Positions 38,185-47,933 of a stretch of DNA of 64,000 nucleotides are shown here, in pieces. The stretch spans positions 128,001 through 192,000 of the forward strand of contig OZ242029.1 of NCBI GenBank assembly GCA_965205015.1, in the 5' to 3' direction. A model generated the notes under the pieces. The model was not told the DNA's origin and searched no databases. It was given only the letters and a program-made list of their open reading frames with translations. A program made the translations under genes and the position numbers. Source of the DNA: Candidatus Poribacteria bacterium. GTDB lineage: Bacteria; Poribacteria; WGA-4E; WGA-3G. Position 1 is the first letter of the stretch; each line of letters begins with the position of its first letter.

Positions 38185-39231
38185 ATGTATAAAACAGCGA
38201 TGTTAGGGTGCGGGGGTCGCGCCCGTGGACACGCAGATGCTTACCGATTCGTCAAACGCGGGAAACTCGCCGCCATTTGCGATATGGACGCAGAACGACT
38301 CAACAGTTTTGGAGACGACTTCGACATCCCTTCGCGATACACCGATTTGGACGAGATGCTCCAAAAAGAGAAACCCGATGTCCTGCACATCGTCACAAGT
38401 CCCGTGGTTCCGAATAGCAACGAACGGATCCGCTACCCGTTGATGAAACAGGCATCCGACCACGGCGTCCCTGCGGCGATTGTTGAGAAACCCGTTGCTG
38501 TTGAAGGCGAGGACTGGAATCAGATTGCGGGGTTAGCAGAAGAGACGAAAACGAAATTTGTCGTCAATACACAACTCGACTTCCACCCGAAAAATCTGGA
38601 ACTCAAAAAAGATGTCGCGGAAGGACGTATCGGCGAAATTAGGTTTATGGATGCGAGTGCACGCAGTAGAGCCTCCGAGCAGGGAGGACACGTGCTGCAG
38701 TTGGTGTCCTCTTACATCGACAACGCGCGTCCCGTGCGGATTCTTGGACAAATTTCTGGAAGCGAGAATTTAAATTTCGCGCCTGGAGGGCATCCATCGC
38801 CAACACATACCGTCGGGCACGTTCTGTATGAAAACGGTGTCCACGTCTCGCTCGCATTTGGAACAGCGTTCGGACAAATGGTATCTGATGACTCCGGTAT
38901 CTACGGTCACAAACGCGTTTTTGTCGCTGGAACGAAGGGCTTCGTGCATTGGCGGTTCAGCAGTTGGGAACGTTCAACAGTGGACGGCGGCTATGAGGGC
39001 GGTCCCCTTAACTATGGAGAACAAGATGTCGTCGCGCAGGGCAACTTCACCGAAGCCGTGTTTGATTGGTTAGACGACGAGAACAACGTGCATCCGACGC
39101 ATCTCAAGCAATCCCTCGTTGAGAATAACCTCATCTTAGGGATGTACTACAGTGGGATAACAAATAAAATTATCGAACTCCCGTTTGAACCGCCGGATGG
39201 TCTCATGGACATGCTCCGCGAGAAGTTGTAA
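38185..39231 (+). CDS. Gfo/Idh/MocA family oxidoreductase, tandem copy 1
   Basis: LGCGGRA, EKPDVLHIVT, VEKP; start chosen to match paralogues (GGAG RBS). Confidence 0.9.
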   Translation: MYKTAMLGCGGRARGHADAYRFVKRGKLAAICDMDAERLNSFGDDFDIPSRYTDLDEMLQKEKPDVLHIVTSPVVPNSNERIRYPLMKQASDHGVPAAIVEKPVAVEGEDWNQIAGLAEETKTKFVVNTQLDFHPKNLELKKDVAEGRIGEIRFMDASARSRASEQGGHVLQLVSSYIDNARPVRILGQISGSENLNFAPGGHPSPTHTVGHVLYENGVHVSLAFGTAFGQMVSDDSGIYGHKRVFVAGTKGFVHWRFSSWERSTVDGGYEGGPLNYGEQDVVAQGNFTEAVFDWLDDENNVHPTHLKQSLVENNLILGMYYSGITNKIIELPFEPPDGLMDMLREKL

Positions 39232-39339
39232 TTTAAAACAAATTTATATTGGACGGGTCGAAGTCTCCATGCCTTCGTCCTGTTCTGCGTTCTGGTACGC
39301 TGCTGGCGTGCTATTGTTAGTATTACAGGAGACAACCTC

Positions 39340-40377
39340 ATGTATAAAACTGCGTTCTTAGGGTGCGGGGGTCGTGCCCGCGCGCACGCGAGTGCTTACC
39401 GCTTCGTCAAACGCGGCAAAATCGCCGCAATCTGTGATATGAACACAGAGTTACTCAACAGTTTTGGAGACGACTTCGGCATCTCTTCACGCTACACCGA
39501 TCTCAATGAAATGCTGGAAAAGGAAAAACCCGATGTCCTCCACATCGTCACAGCACCCGTATTACGCGGCACCAACGAACGGATCCGATATCCATTGATG
39601 AAACAAGCCTCAGATGCTGGGGTGCCAGCCGCCATCGTCGAAAAACCGATTGCCGTTGAAAGTGAAGATTGGAAACAGATCGCGGGTTTGGCGGAAGAGA
39701 CACAAACCAAGTTCGTTGTTAACACACAGCTCAACTTCCACCCACAAAACCTCGAATTAAAAGCGGATGTCGCCGCAGGCCGTATCGGCGAAATTAAGTT
39801 CATTGATGCGAGCGCACGGAGCACACCCGTCGACCAAGCACCCCACGTGCTGCAGTTGGTGTCCTCCTACATCGATAACTCACGTCCAGTACGGGTCCTC
39901 GGGCAGATCGCAGGGAAAGAACAGTTAGATTCGGCACAACCTTCTCCCATGCACGCCGCTGGGCACGTCTTGTATGAAAACGGTCTACATGTCTCTGTCG
40001 CCTTTGGCACAGGCATGGGGACGTTGGCATCGGACAGTGAGAGTACCGTTGCCCATAAGCGGGTCTTTGTCGTGGGGACGAAAGGTTTTGTGCATTGGCG
40101 GTTCAGCAGTTGGGAACGCGCAACACCGGAAAGCGGCTACGAAGGCGGTCCGCTCAGCTACGGAGAGCAAGATATCGCCGCACAAGGCAACCTCACCGAG
40201 GCTGTTTTTGACTGGCTGGATGATGAAAACAACGTGCATCCGACACATCTCAAACAATCCCTGGCAGAATTCAATCTGCTTTTGGGAATTTACTATAGTG
40301 GTATCACGAACGAAATCATAGATTTACCTTTTGAACCCCCCGACGGATTAATGGACACCCTCCGGGAAAAATTGTAA
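39340..40377 (+). CDS. Gfo/Idh/MocA family oxidoreductase, tandem copy 2
   Basis: Close paralogue of 38185. Confidence 0.9.
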   Translation: MYKTAFLGCGGRARAHASAYRFVKRGKIAAICDMNTELLNSFGDDFGISSRYTDLNEMLEKEKPDVLHIVTAPVLRGTNERIRYPLMKQASDAGVPAAIVEKPIAVESEDWKQIAGLAEETQTKFVVNTQLNFHPQNLELKADVAAGRIGEIKFIDASARSTPVDQAPHVLQLVSSYIDNSRPVRVLGQIAGKEQLDSAQPSPMHAAGHVLYENGLHVSVAFGTGMGTLASDSESTVAHKRVFVVGTKGFVHWRFSSWERATPESGYEGGPLSYGEQDIAAQGNLTEAVFDWLDDENNVHPTHLKQSLAEFNLLLGIYYSGITNEIIDLPFEPPDGLMDTLREKL

Positions 40378-40420
40378 ACGCAATCCGAATTCAGAGGGAA
40401 CCTTTAGAGGAGACCTTTCC

Positions 40421-41464
40421 ATGTATAAAACAGCAATGTTAGGATGTGGTGGACGTGCGCGTGCGCATGCAGACGCCTATCGCTTCGTCAAAAACGGTAA
40501 ACTCGCCGCAATTTGCGATATGAACGAAGAACTCCTCACGAGTTTCGGTGAGGATTTCGGTATCTCTTCACGCTACACCGACCTCGATGAGATGCTTGAA
40601 AAAGAGAAACCCGATGTCCTCCACATCGTCACAGCACCCGTGTTACGCGGCACCAATCAACGGATTCGGTACCCATTGATGAAGCAAGCCTCGGATGCGG
40701 GTGTCCCAGCTGCGATTGTGGAGAAACCGATCGCCGTTGAAAGTGAGGATTGGAAGCAGCTCGCAGGATTAGCAGAAGAGACGCAAACGAAATTTGTCGT
40801 CAATACACAGCTCAACTTCCACCCGCAAAACTTGGAATTGAAACGAGATGTCGCAGAAGGTCATATCGGCGACATCAAATTCATTGATGCCAGTGCCCGG
40901 AGCACCCCCGTTGACCAAGCACCTCACGTGTTGCAACTCGTCTCTTCCTATATTGATAACTCGCGTCCCATGCGGGTACTCGGACAGGTTTCCGGGGCTC
41001 AGGATTTGGACTCCACGCAGCCCTCCCCCATGCATGCCGCCGCTCAGGCACTCTATGAAAACGGACTTCACGTCTCCCTCGCCTTCGGGACGGGTGTAGG
41101 ACAGCGAGTGCCTAAAGAGCCAGATGCGGGGAATCACACCCATAAACGCGTCTTTGTCGTCGGCACGAAAGGCTTCGTACATTGGCGGTTCAGCAGTTGG
41201 GAACGCGCAACACCAGAGGGTGGTTACGAGAGCGGTCCCCTCGACTACGGGGAACAGGATGTCGTCGCGCAGGGCAACCTTACCGAGGCTGTTTTTGATT
41301 GGCTTGATGATGAGAACAAACAACATCCGACGCATCTCAAGCAATCTCTTGCAGAGTTCAATCTCCTCCTCGGTATCTACTACAGCGGCGTAACGAACCA
41401 GATTATCGATCTCCCATTTGAACCACCAGATGGGTTGATTGACATCCTCCGGGAGAAGTTGTAA
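40421..41464 (+). CDS. Gfo/Idh/MocA family oxidoreductase, tandem copy 3
   Basis: Close paralogue of 38185. Confidence 0.9.
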   Translation: MYKTAMLGCGGRARAHADAYRFVKNGKLAAICDMNEELLTSFGEDFGISSRYTDLDEMLEKEKPDVLHIVTAPVLRGTNQRIRYPLMKQASDAGVPAAIVEKPIAVESEDWKQLAGLAEETQTKFVVNTQLNFHPQNLELKRDVAEGHIGDIKFIDASARSTPVDQAPHVLQLVSSYIDNSRPMRVLGQVSGAQDLDSTQPSPMHAAAQALYENGLHVSLAFGTGVGQRVPKEPDAGNHTHKRVFVVGTKGFVHWRFSSWERATPEGGYESGPLDYGEQDVVAQGNLTEAVFDWLDDENKQHPTHLKQSLAEFNLLLGIYYSGVTNQIIDLPFEPPDGLIDILREKL

Positions 41465-41470
41465 TCCTCA

Positions 41471-41635
41471 CTTGAGACCCTTACCTTTCGATCAGAGCCT
41501 GAAGTAGCACAAGCCTTTAAACCTGCTTTGGAATCGATGGATGATCTGCAACGTCTCAAGCAGTTGTTTCGCGCCGCAATGCGGGTGGAAAGTCCAGAAG
41601 ATTTCACGCAAGCGTTGAACGCAAACGGCGAATGA
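41471..41635 (+). pseudogene. orphan fragment resembling the helical C-terminus of Rpn/transposase-associated proteins
   Basis: Reads LETLTFRSEPEVAQAFKPALESMDDLQRLKQLFRAAMRVESPEDFTQALNANGE*; no start or RBS of its own. Confidence 0.5.
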
Positions 41636-41728
41636 AACGCGCTGTAATTTTCCACAAGTTCCCTTACACTTTAGTTACGAACATTCATTCATTCTGCTTG
41701 ACATTAGAATATTAAAGGAGACCTCTCC

Positions 41729-42766
41729 ATGTATAAAACAGCGATGTTAGGGTGCGGTGGACGCGCCCGGGCGCACGCAGATGCCTATCGCTTCATCAAA
41801 AACGGTAAACTCGCCGCAATCTGTGATATGAACACAGAGTTACTCAACAGTTTCGGAGACGACTTCGGCATCTCTTCCCGATACACCGACCTCGACGAGA
41901 TGCTGGAAAAAGAGAAACCCGATGTCCTCCATATCGTCACAGCACCCGTGCTACGGGGTAGCAATGAGCGTATCCGCTATCCGCTGATGAAACAAGCCTC
42001 GGATGCCGGTGTGCCAGCCGCTATCGTCGAAAAACCGATTGCCGTTGAAAGCGAGGATTGGAAGCAAATTTCAGGACTTTCTAAGGAAACGAAAACGAAG
42101 TTTGTCGTCAATACGCAACTTAACTTCCATCCACAAAATCTGGAATTGAAGCGGGATGTCGCAGAAGGTCGCATCGGCGACATCAAATTTATTGATGCCA
42201 GCGCACGCAGTACCCCCGTCGATCAGGGACCCCATGTGCTGCAGCTTGTGTCCTCCTACATTGATAACTCGCGTCCCGTGCGAGTCCTCGGGCAAATCTC
42301 GGGTGCCGAACACTTGGACTCCGCTCAACCCTCTCCACAATATGCAAGTGCGCGCGTCCAGTACGAGAACGGACTTCACGTCTCTGTCGCATTCGGCACA
42401 GCCATCGCACCGACTGCCTCCGACGATCCGGTCGTCTTTTTCCACAAACGCGTTTTTGTCATCGGCGTGAAAGGGTTCGTGCATTGGCGATTCAGTAGCT
42501 GGGAACGCTCAACCCCGGAAAACGGCTATGAGGGCGGTCCGCTTAACTATGGAGAACAGGATGTCGCCGCACAAGGCAATCTCACCGAAGCCGTCTTTGA
42601 CTGGCTGGACGACGAGAGCAAAGTACATCCGACCCATCTTGAGCAATCGCTCGCCGAGTTCAATCTGCTTTTGGGAATTTACTATAGCGGTATCACAAAC
42701 GAGGTGATCGATCTCCCCTTTGATCCACCAGATGGGTTAATGGATAAACTGAGAGCCAAACTATAG
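41729..42766 (+). CDS. Gfo/Idh/MocA family oxidoreductase, tandem copy 4
   Basis: Close paralogue of 38185. Confidence 0.9.
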   Translation: MYKTAMLGCGGRARAHADAYRFIKNGKLAAICDMNTELLNSFGDDFGISSRYTDLDEMLEKEKPDVLHIVTAPVLRGSNERIRYPLMKQASDAGVPAAIVEKPIAVESEDWKQISGLSKETKTKFVVNTQLNFHPQNLELKRDVAEGRIGDIKFIDASARSTPVDQGPHVLQLVSSYIDNSRPVRVLGQISGAEHLDSAQPSPQYASARVQYENGLHVSVAFGTAIAPTASDDPVVFFHKRVFVIGVKGFVHWRFSSWERSTPENGYEGGPLNYGEQDVAAQGNLTEAVFDWLDDESKVHPTHLEQSLAEFNLLLGIYYSGITNEVIDLPFDPPDGLMDKLRAKL

Positions 42767-42860
42767 GATACTTTGTGCCGCTTGGCACCGCATGCTCGTT
42801 TTCACCCGAAGGCGAGGTCCTCGCACCTCGCCACACGCTCGTTTAAACGGAGGCGTCACC

Positions 42861-43589
42861 ATGTCCCTTCCCAAAATTGTGTGTCTCACTTTTCTTCTCT
42901 TCGGCAGCGTCACGCTCGCAACAGATGCTGAATTGGTAGCCTACTGGTCATTTGACAAAGCAGACGGCGTAGATGACCTCACCGGCAACGGCCACGATGG
43001 GAACATCCACGGGAATCCGAAGGTCGTCGCCGGGAAGTTCGGTGAGGCATTAGAATTCAACGGTAGTACCGACTATGTAGAAATCCCTGACGCGCCGGCA
43101 ATCTCTGAACTCGAAGCGTTGTCTATGGCTGCGTGGATTCAGCCGCAAAAACTCGGTTCATGGGTTGCGGTTGCTGAGAAGGGGATTCACCTCAACTGGA
43201 GTTACGGTTTCTTCATTGAACCCGATGGGACACTCTCCTTTGAAGTTTCTACCGGTCCTGGCAACAATCTCGTCTGTTGTGTCGGTAATGTTAAAATGGA
43301 AATTGGAAAATGGTACCATATCTTCGGTTCATACGACGGTAAGTCCGTGAAGGCTTACGTTGACGGAAAACTCGAGGGTGAGATGCCGGGGGCTGATGCC
43401 GTCCATATTACCGAAGGGCTGCCCTTTACAATCGGCAGTCGCAACGGTCAGAACCATTTTGGGGGTGCCGTTGACGACGTGGCATTCTGGAACGAGGCGA
43501 TTTCCGTTGAGGACTCTATGGACCCACTTCCTGTGAAACCGGGCCGAAAACTCACAACGGCCTGGGGAGCAATAAAAACACGACACTAA
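42861..43589 (+). CDS. secreted LamG-like jellyroll protein with TWG-type tail
   Basis: GGAGG RBS; signal peptide; LVAYWSFD, GKFGEALEFNG, WYHI..SYDG; ends PVKPGRKLTTAWGAIK. Confidence 0.88.
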   Translation: MSLPKIVCLTFLLFGSVTLATDAELVAYWSFDKADGVDDLTGNGHDGNIHGNPKVVAGKFGEALEFNGSTDYVEIPDAPAISELEALSMAAWIQPQKLGSWVAVAEKGIHLNWSYGFFIEPDGTLSFEVSTGPGNNLVCCVGNVKMEIGKWYHIFGSYDGKSVKAYVDGKLEGEMPGADAVHITEGLPFTIGSRNGQNHFGGAVDDVAFWNEAISVEDSMDPLPVKPGRKLTTAWGAIKTRH

Positions 43590-43594
43590 AAAAA

Positions 43595-44446
43595 ATGGAA
43601 ACGAATCCTGAAAAATTTGCGAAACACGGTTACTTAGTTGTCCAATCGGCATTATCTGACTCAGATCTTGCCCCGTTAATCGCTGTTATCTCTGAAGCCG
43701 TCGATGCACGTGCCACCGAACTCTATAAAGAAGGGGTCATCTCGGATACCTACGAAGAAATGCCCTTTGAACGCCGTTGGCACGCTGTTTTAAAGGCGTG
43801 CGGCAGAGAAAACGAGGTCTTTGGCTGGCATACGCTTGTCTTCAGCGAGGCACTCTTTCATCTGATAACCCATCCGAAGGTGTTAGACATCTTGGAATCG
43901 CTCATCGGCGGTGATATCCAATTCAATGGCGATTTTTGGGTGCGTCCGAAACTCCCCAACGAAAAACTCACGACCCTCCCTTGGCATCAAGACAGTGCGT
44001 ATATGCCGGACACCGAAAACGATACGCATCTGACCGTTTGGCTCCCGCTCGTCGACGTTAAATTGGAGCATGGTCCCCTACAATTCCTACCGGGAAGCCA
44101 CAAATCAGGCTTACAAACCTATCACCGCGTGTCGGGTGAAGCGTTCGCCGTCCCGGTCCTCCCTCCCACCTCATCTGATACCGACATCGATACCTTAGAG
44201 ATGAAGAAAGGTGACCTACTCGTCTTTAACAATCTGGTATTCCATCGATCATTAGTGAATCACAGCGACAGCATCCGTTGGTCGACAGATTTTCGGTTCA
44301 GTCGCGCCGGTACCTCGCTAAACGGACTCTGGCACGAAGCGATCGCCTGTCCAGCTCGCGAGCGTGAAAGCAGGCAGTGCCCCACGTCATGGCAGACGTG
44401 GCGCGCCCAATGGGAAGTCAGTCCACACAAAGACAGATTTGTTTAA
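43595..44446 (+). CDS. PhyH family dioxygenase
   Basis: PWHQD, TVWLPL, GPLQFLPGSH, GD...HRS..N....R.STDFRF. Confidence 0.9.
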   Translation: METNPEKFAKHGYLVVQSALSDSDLAPLIAVISEAVDARATELYKEGVISDTYEEMPFERRWHAVLKACGRENEVFGWHTLVFSEALFHLITHPKVLDILESLIGGDIQFNGDFWVRPKLPNEKLTTLPWHQDSAYMPDTENDTHLTVWLPLVDVKLEHGPLQFLPGSHKSGLQTYHRVSGEAFAVPVLPPTSSDTDIDTLEMKKGDLLVFNNLVFHRSLVNHSDSIRWSTDFRFSRAGTSLNGLWHEAIACPARERESRQCPTSWQTWRAQWEVSPHKDRFV

Positions 44447-44480
44447 TCCTTCCGCTAAGATTGCCAATCTTAAAAATAGG

Positions 44481-44509
44481 TTGTATCTCCAGATTTTTTA
44501 TGCTATAAT
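44481..44509 (+). promoter_or_regulatory. sigma70-type promoter with extended -10
   Basis: TTGTAT-17 nt (ending TGc)-TATAAT. Confidence 0.6.
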
Positions 44510-44598
44510 TTAAAGTATACACAGCGTAAGAAATGTCTCAGGAGAATCGGGAACGCCTAAGTTTTATCGGTTCTTCTATCAACACATAGGAGGTTGTT

Positions 44599-45357
44599 TT
44601 GTTAAATCTAAGAATTATTACAGTTACCCTCAGTGTGCTACTCATACTGGGTAGCAGCATGCTCAGCTCCGCAGAAATCACTGAAGATATGATCGCGGCA
44701 GCATGGCTGTTTGAGGGCGATGCCGAAGATATGTCCGGAAACGGGTTTGATGGTGAGGTGAAAGGTGGAAACTTTGTCGCTGGGAAATTCGGTGATGCCA
44801 TCGAACTCGACGGCGCAGGCGATTGGGTCGAAATATCTGAACGGATCGGCTCATTTGAAGAAATTACCTTCACACATTGGGTTAAATCCACCGGACGGGA
44901 GGGCGCATGGCGTGTTTTCTTCAATGTCAACGGTTGGAAAGCCGGGGACATCCACTACCAGATGCACCCAAATAATAAAGTCGAGTTTTCCATTCACAGT
45001 AACCCAGGTGGGAACGACACTTTTGCGAACTATATGTTGGCAGGCGATCAGATGGATAAATGGGTCCATATCGCAACCGCCTATAGTGCCAAGGAAAAGA
45101 AAATCCGTTTTTACGTTAATGGCAAACTCAATGCTGAAAACGATTGGGGTGGAAACCCCGGTGTCCTCGATCCTGCCCGAATTGGTGACTGGAACCAAAG
45201 TCGACAATGGGAAGGGCTGTTAGATGAGTTCATCATCTTCAATACTGTCCTCGATAAAGATGACATAGAAGCGGTTATGAATGACGGTTTCGAGACGACC
45301 CTCGCTGTGGACGCGAAAGAAAAGTTGGCCGTCACATGGGGCAGTCTAAAAAAGTAA
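44599..45357 (+). CDS. secreted LamG-like protein with TWG-type tail
   Basis: TTG start with GGAGG RBS; DMSGNGFDG, GKFGDAIELDG, WVHIA, G.LDEF.IFN; ends LAVDAKEKLAVTWGSLKK. Confidence 0.88.
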   Translation: MLNLRIITVTLSVLLILGSSMLSSAEITEDMIAAAWLFEGDAEDMSGNGFDGEVKGGNFVAGKFGDAIELDGAGDWVEISERIGSFEEITFTHWVKSTGREGAWRVFFNVNGWKAGDIHYQMHPNNKVEFSIHSNPGGNDTFANYMLAGDQMDKWVHIATAYSAKEKKIRFYVNGKLNAENDWGGNPGVLDPARIGDWNQSRQWEGLLDEFIIFNTVLDKDDIEAVMNDGFETTLAVDAKEKLAVTWGSLKK

Positions 45358-45403
45358 GACGGAGAAGCGATCACCGAGTCGCATTTTCAAAAGGAAAATA
45401 AAT

Positions 45404-46243
45404 ATGCTTTTGGCAAAACGCTATCTGAATTATACGTTCATTGCAATTGTTGTTATTGCGCTCAGCTTCGTGGTGATGGCTACAAGCCACGCGGCGGATG
45501 AAGGCGATATTGCAGGGATGTGGACCTTTGAAGAAGGTAAAGGTAAAGAAGTAAAAGATCTTTCCGGTAACGGAACCGACGGTGAATTTGTCGGCGACCT
45601 GAAATGGGCGAAAGGCAAATTTGGTGGCGGATTAGAATTTAACGGGGCAGACACGTGGGTCAAACTCGGCACGAAGGGTGAAGATAAAACGTTAGCCGCT
45701 TTGGACTTCAAGGATTCTAAAGGGTTCTCAATCCATTCTTGGGTCTACGCTGCAGAGGATCCCACCGGGAAATGTGTCATATGGAAAGGGCTTGGATGTT
45801 CAACCTGGTCGCAGTTTTTACTCGGAACGGGCGCACACGAAAACGGGCAAAATAGCACACAGGCAGCATTCCATATCCGCGCCGCCAACGGTGGCGGGAA
45901 ACTTGAAGTCCTCGGTGATGAACTCCCGTCTAAAGAGTGGGTACATCTCGTCGGCACATGGGATGGCGCCCAACTCCATGTCTACGTCAACGGCAAACTA
46001 CAGAACTCCGAAGATGCAAAGGGACCGCCGTGGGCATCTCCCGAAGAGGTCTACATCGGTGCCGATCCGGGCTGTGGCAAACGCTGCCAGTGGAACGGTA
46101 TCATCGACGAAGTTGTTGTCTTCAACACGGTGCTCACGGATGATGAGGTCGTCAAACTCGGTGAGGGTATTGAAGGCTATTTAGCTGTTGAGGCAGCAGG
46201 AAAAATAGCGACAACTTGGGGTTCACTCAAATCTTCCCAATAG
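45404..46243 (+). CDS. secreted LamG-like protein with TWG-type tail
   Basis: DLSGNG, GKFGGGLEFNG, WVHLVGTWDG, GIIDEV; ends LAVEAAGKIATTWGSLK. Confidence 0.9.
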   Translation: MLLAKRYLNYTFIAIVVIALSFVVMATSHAADEGDIAGMWTFEEGKGKEVKDLSGNGTDGEFVGDLKWAKGKFGGGLEFNGADTWVKLGTKGEDKTLAALDFKDSKGFSIHSWVYAAEDPTGKCVIWKGLGCSTWSQFLLGTGAHENGQNSTQAAFHIRAANGGGKLEVLGDELPSKEWVHLVGTWDGAQLHVYVNGKLQNSEDAKGPPWASPEEVYIGADPGCGKRCQWNGIIDEVVVFNTVLTDDEVVKLGEGIEGYLAVEAAGKIATTWGSLKSSQ

Positions 46244-46346
46244 ATACGCACCGAAACGTCACTATACAGAGTGTTTGAAAATGAGATGTCTACCAAACTG
46301 AGGTGGGCATCTCCTCGTGAGTTGTATCCCGAAGGAGAACCTCAAA

Positions 46347-47054
46347 ATGAGAATCCAAAGACTGTGTGTTGTTAGTTTTTGGGTGGCTCTTCTGTTGTTT
46401 GGAAACGTAATGGCAGAGACACTCTTCTTTGATGATTTTGAGGGAAACGCTGAGATCGAATGGCCCGATGTGCCAGCGATAAAAATTGAAAAAGAGCCGG
46501 GCAATCCAGACAACACCGTCCTCGTTTTTGACACAAGAAACGATCAAACCCACGCCGATGCCCTCTTCCTTGAAGGGTTCGAGGATCTGACGGACTACAC
46601 AGTGCGAGCAAAATTCAATATCGTTGGTGAAACAGCGGATTTTGCCGCAATCGGTTTGATTGTACGGGCGCAGTTGGCAACCGAATATATGCTCGTCGAA
46701 CCGGCGAGAAAACGACTGTGTTGCGGAGATCCACGAGAAAACATCCTCAATGTCTTTGAACGCGGTGCGGGTTGGCCGATCGTCGCCAAAACGGACATCG
46801 ATATTGAACTCGACGAATGGCATGAACTGTCGGTCACTGTAGAAAACAAAAAACTAACTGTCTTCCTCGATGGCAAACAGATTGTTGAATACGGTAAAGT
46901 CCCTTATCCGAAAGGGGGTTTCGGCATCCGTGAGTGGAAATCTGAAACCCTCATCGATGATGTGGAGGTCTTTGATAAAGGCGGTTCAAGCCTTGCCGTC
47001 GAATCACGTGACAAACTTACCCTCACATGGGGAAAGTTGAAAGCTACACAGTAG
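46347..47054 (+). CDS. secreted DUF1080/concanavalin-like protein with TWG-type tail
   Basis: LFFDDFE, TDYTVRAKF, WHELSV, GGFGI...IDDVEV; ends LAVESRDKLTLTWGKLK. Confidence 0.8.
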   Translation: MRIQRLCVVSFWVALLLFGNVMAETLFFDDFEGNAEIEWPDVPAIKIEKEPGNPDNTVLVFDTRNDQTHADALFLEGFEDLTDYTVRAKFNIVGETADFAAIGLIVRAQLATEYMLVEPARKRLCCGDPRENILNVFERGAGWPIVAKTDIDIELDEWHELSVTVENKKLTVFLDGKQIVEYGKVPYPKGGFGIREWKSETLIDDVEVFDKGGSSLAVESRDKLTLTWGKLKATQ

Positions 47055-47105
47055 ATTCCCAGACCCGATTAAGAAACCAGAAACAGCCTAAAGGACACAC
47101 AATAC

Positions 47106-47894
47106 ATGGACTTAGGATTGAGTGGAAAACGCGCAATCGTTACCGGCGGTAGTCGAGGCATTGGTAGGCAGTGCGCGCTTGCCCTCGCACAAGAGGGTGT
47201 TCATGTCTGTATTGCCGCCCGAACACAAGACGCACTCCATCAAGTCCTCTCGGAACTTGAACAGACTGGATCCAAAGGACATACTGTCGCAGGCGATCTA
47301 AATATACCGGCGAATTGTGAGAAGGTGGTGCAGGAGACAATTGATCGCTTCGGTGGTGTCGATATCCTCGTCAACAATGTCGGTGCCGCTCGGAATGCCG
47401 ATATTTTGGCACTCTCACCAAACCTAATTGATGAAGCACTTTCCTTGAAAACTTATAGTTACCTTCGGATGGCACAACTGGTTATCCCCTACATGAAGGA
47501 AAGTCAGTGGGGACGCATCATCAACATCGCAGGTTCAGCCGGTACAAGCCCCACGCGTAGCAACATACCAACAGGGGCAGCCAACATCACGATTCTGAAC
47601 ATCACACGCGCACTCTCCGATGCTGTCGCCGGCGACGGCATCTTGGTAAATACCGTTTGCCCGGGATTGACGAACACCGGTCGAGCACGCACGCAGCAAG
47701 GTGCAAGAGCTGCACGTGAAGAACGTGATGTCGAGGCACTGTTACAGGAACTCGGGCAAGAACTTCCTGCGGGACGTATCGCGGAACCGGAAGAGATCGC
47801 GAACGTCGTAACATTTTTAGCCTCCGAAGCCTGCTCCTACATGTTTGGGAGCGCGCTTTATATGGATGGCGGCAAACGTCGTTCAACCCCATAA
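47106..47894 (+). CDS. short-chain dehydrogenase/reductase
   Basis: TGGSRGIG, DILVNN, VNTVCPG; catalytic YxxxK is replaced (PTGAAN). Confidence 0.9.
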   Translation: MDLGLSGKRAIVTGGSRGIGRQCALALAQEGVHVCIAARTQDALHQVLSELEQTGSKGHTVAGDLNIPANCEKVVQETIDRFGGVDILVNNVGAARNADILALSPNLIDEALSLKTYSYLRMAQLVIPYMKESQWGRIINIAGSAGTSPTRSNIPTGAANITILNITRALSDAVAGDGILVNTVCPGLTNTGRARTQQGARAAREERDVEALLQELGQELPAGRIAEPEEIANVVTFLASEACSYMFGSALYMDGGKRRSTP

Positions 47895-47933
47895 GGGTAT
47901 CAAAAAAGAATTACTTTGAAGGAGATTGTTCAA

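Noticed and set aside
41462-41635. Stop-codon readthrough extending oxidoreductase copy 3
   Set aside because: The stop is TAA and all four paralogues end at the same LR(E/A)KL, so the in-frame position of the fragment is likely coincidental.
38185-42766. Oxidoreductase array as integron cassettes or a shufflon
   Set aside because: No attC-like sites, recombinase or conserved intergenic repeats; each gene has its own RBS.
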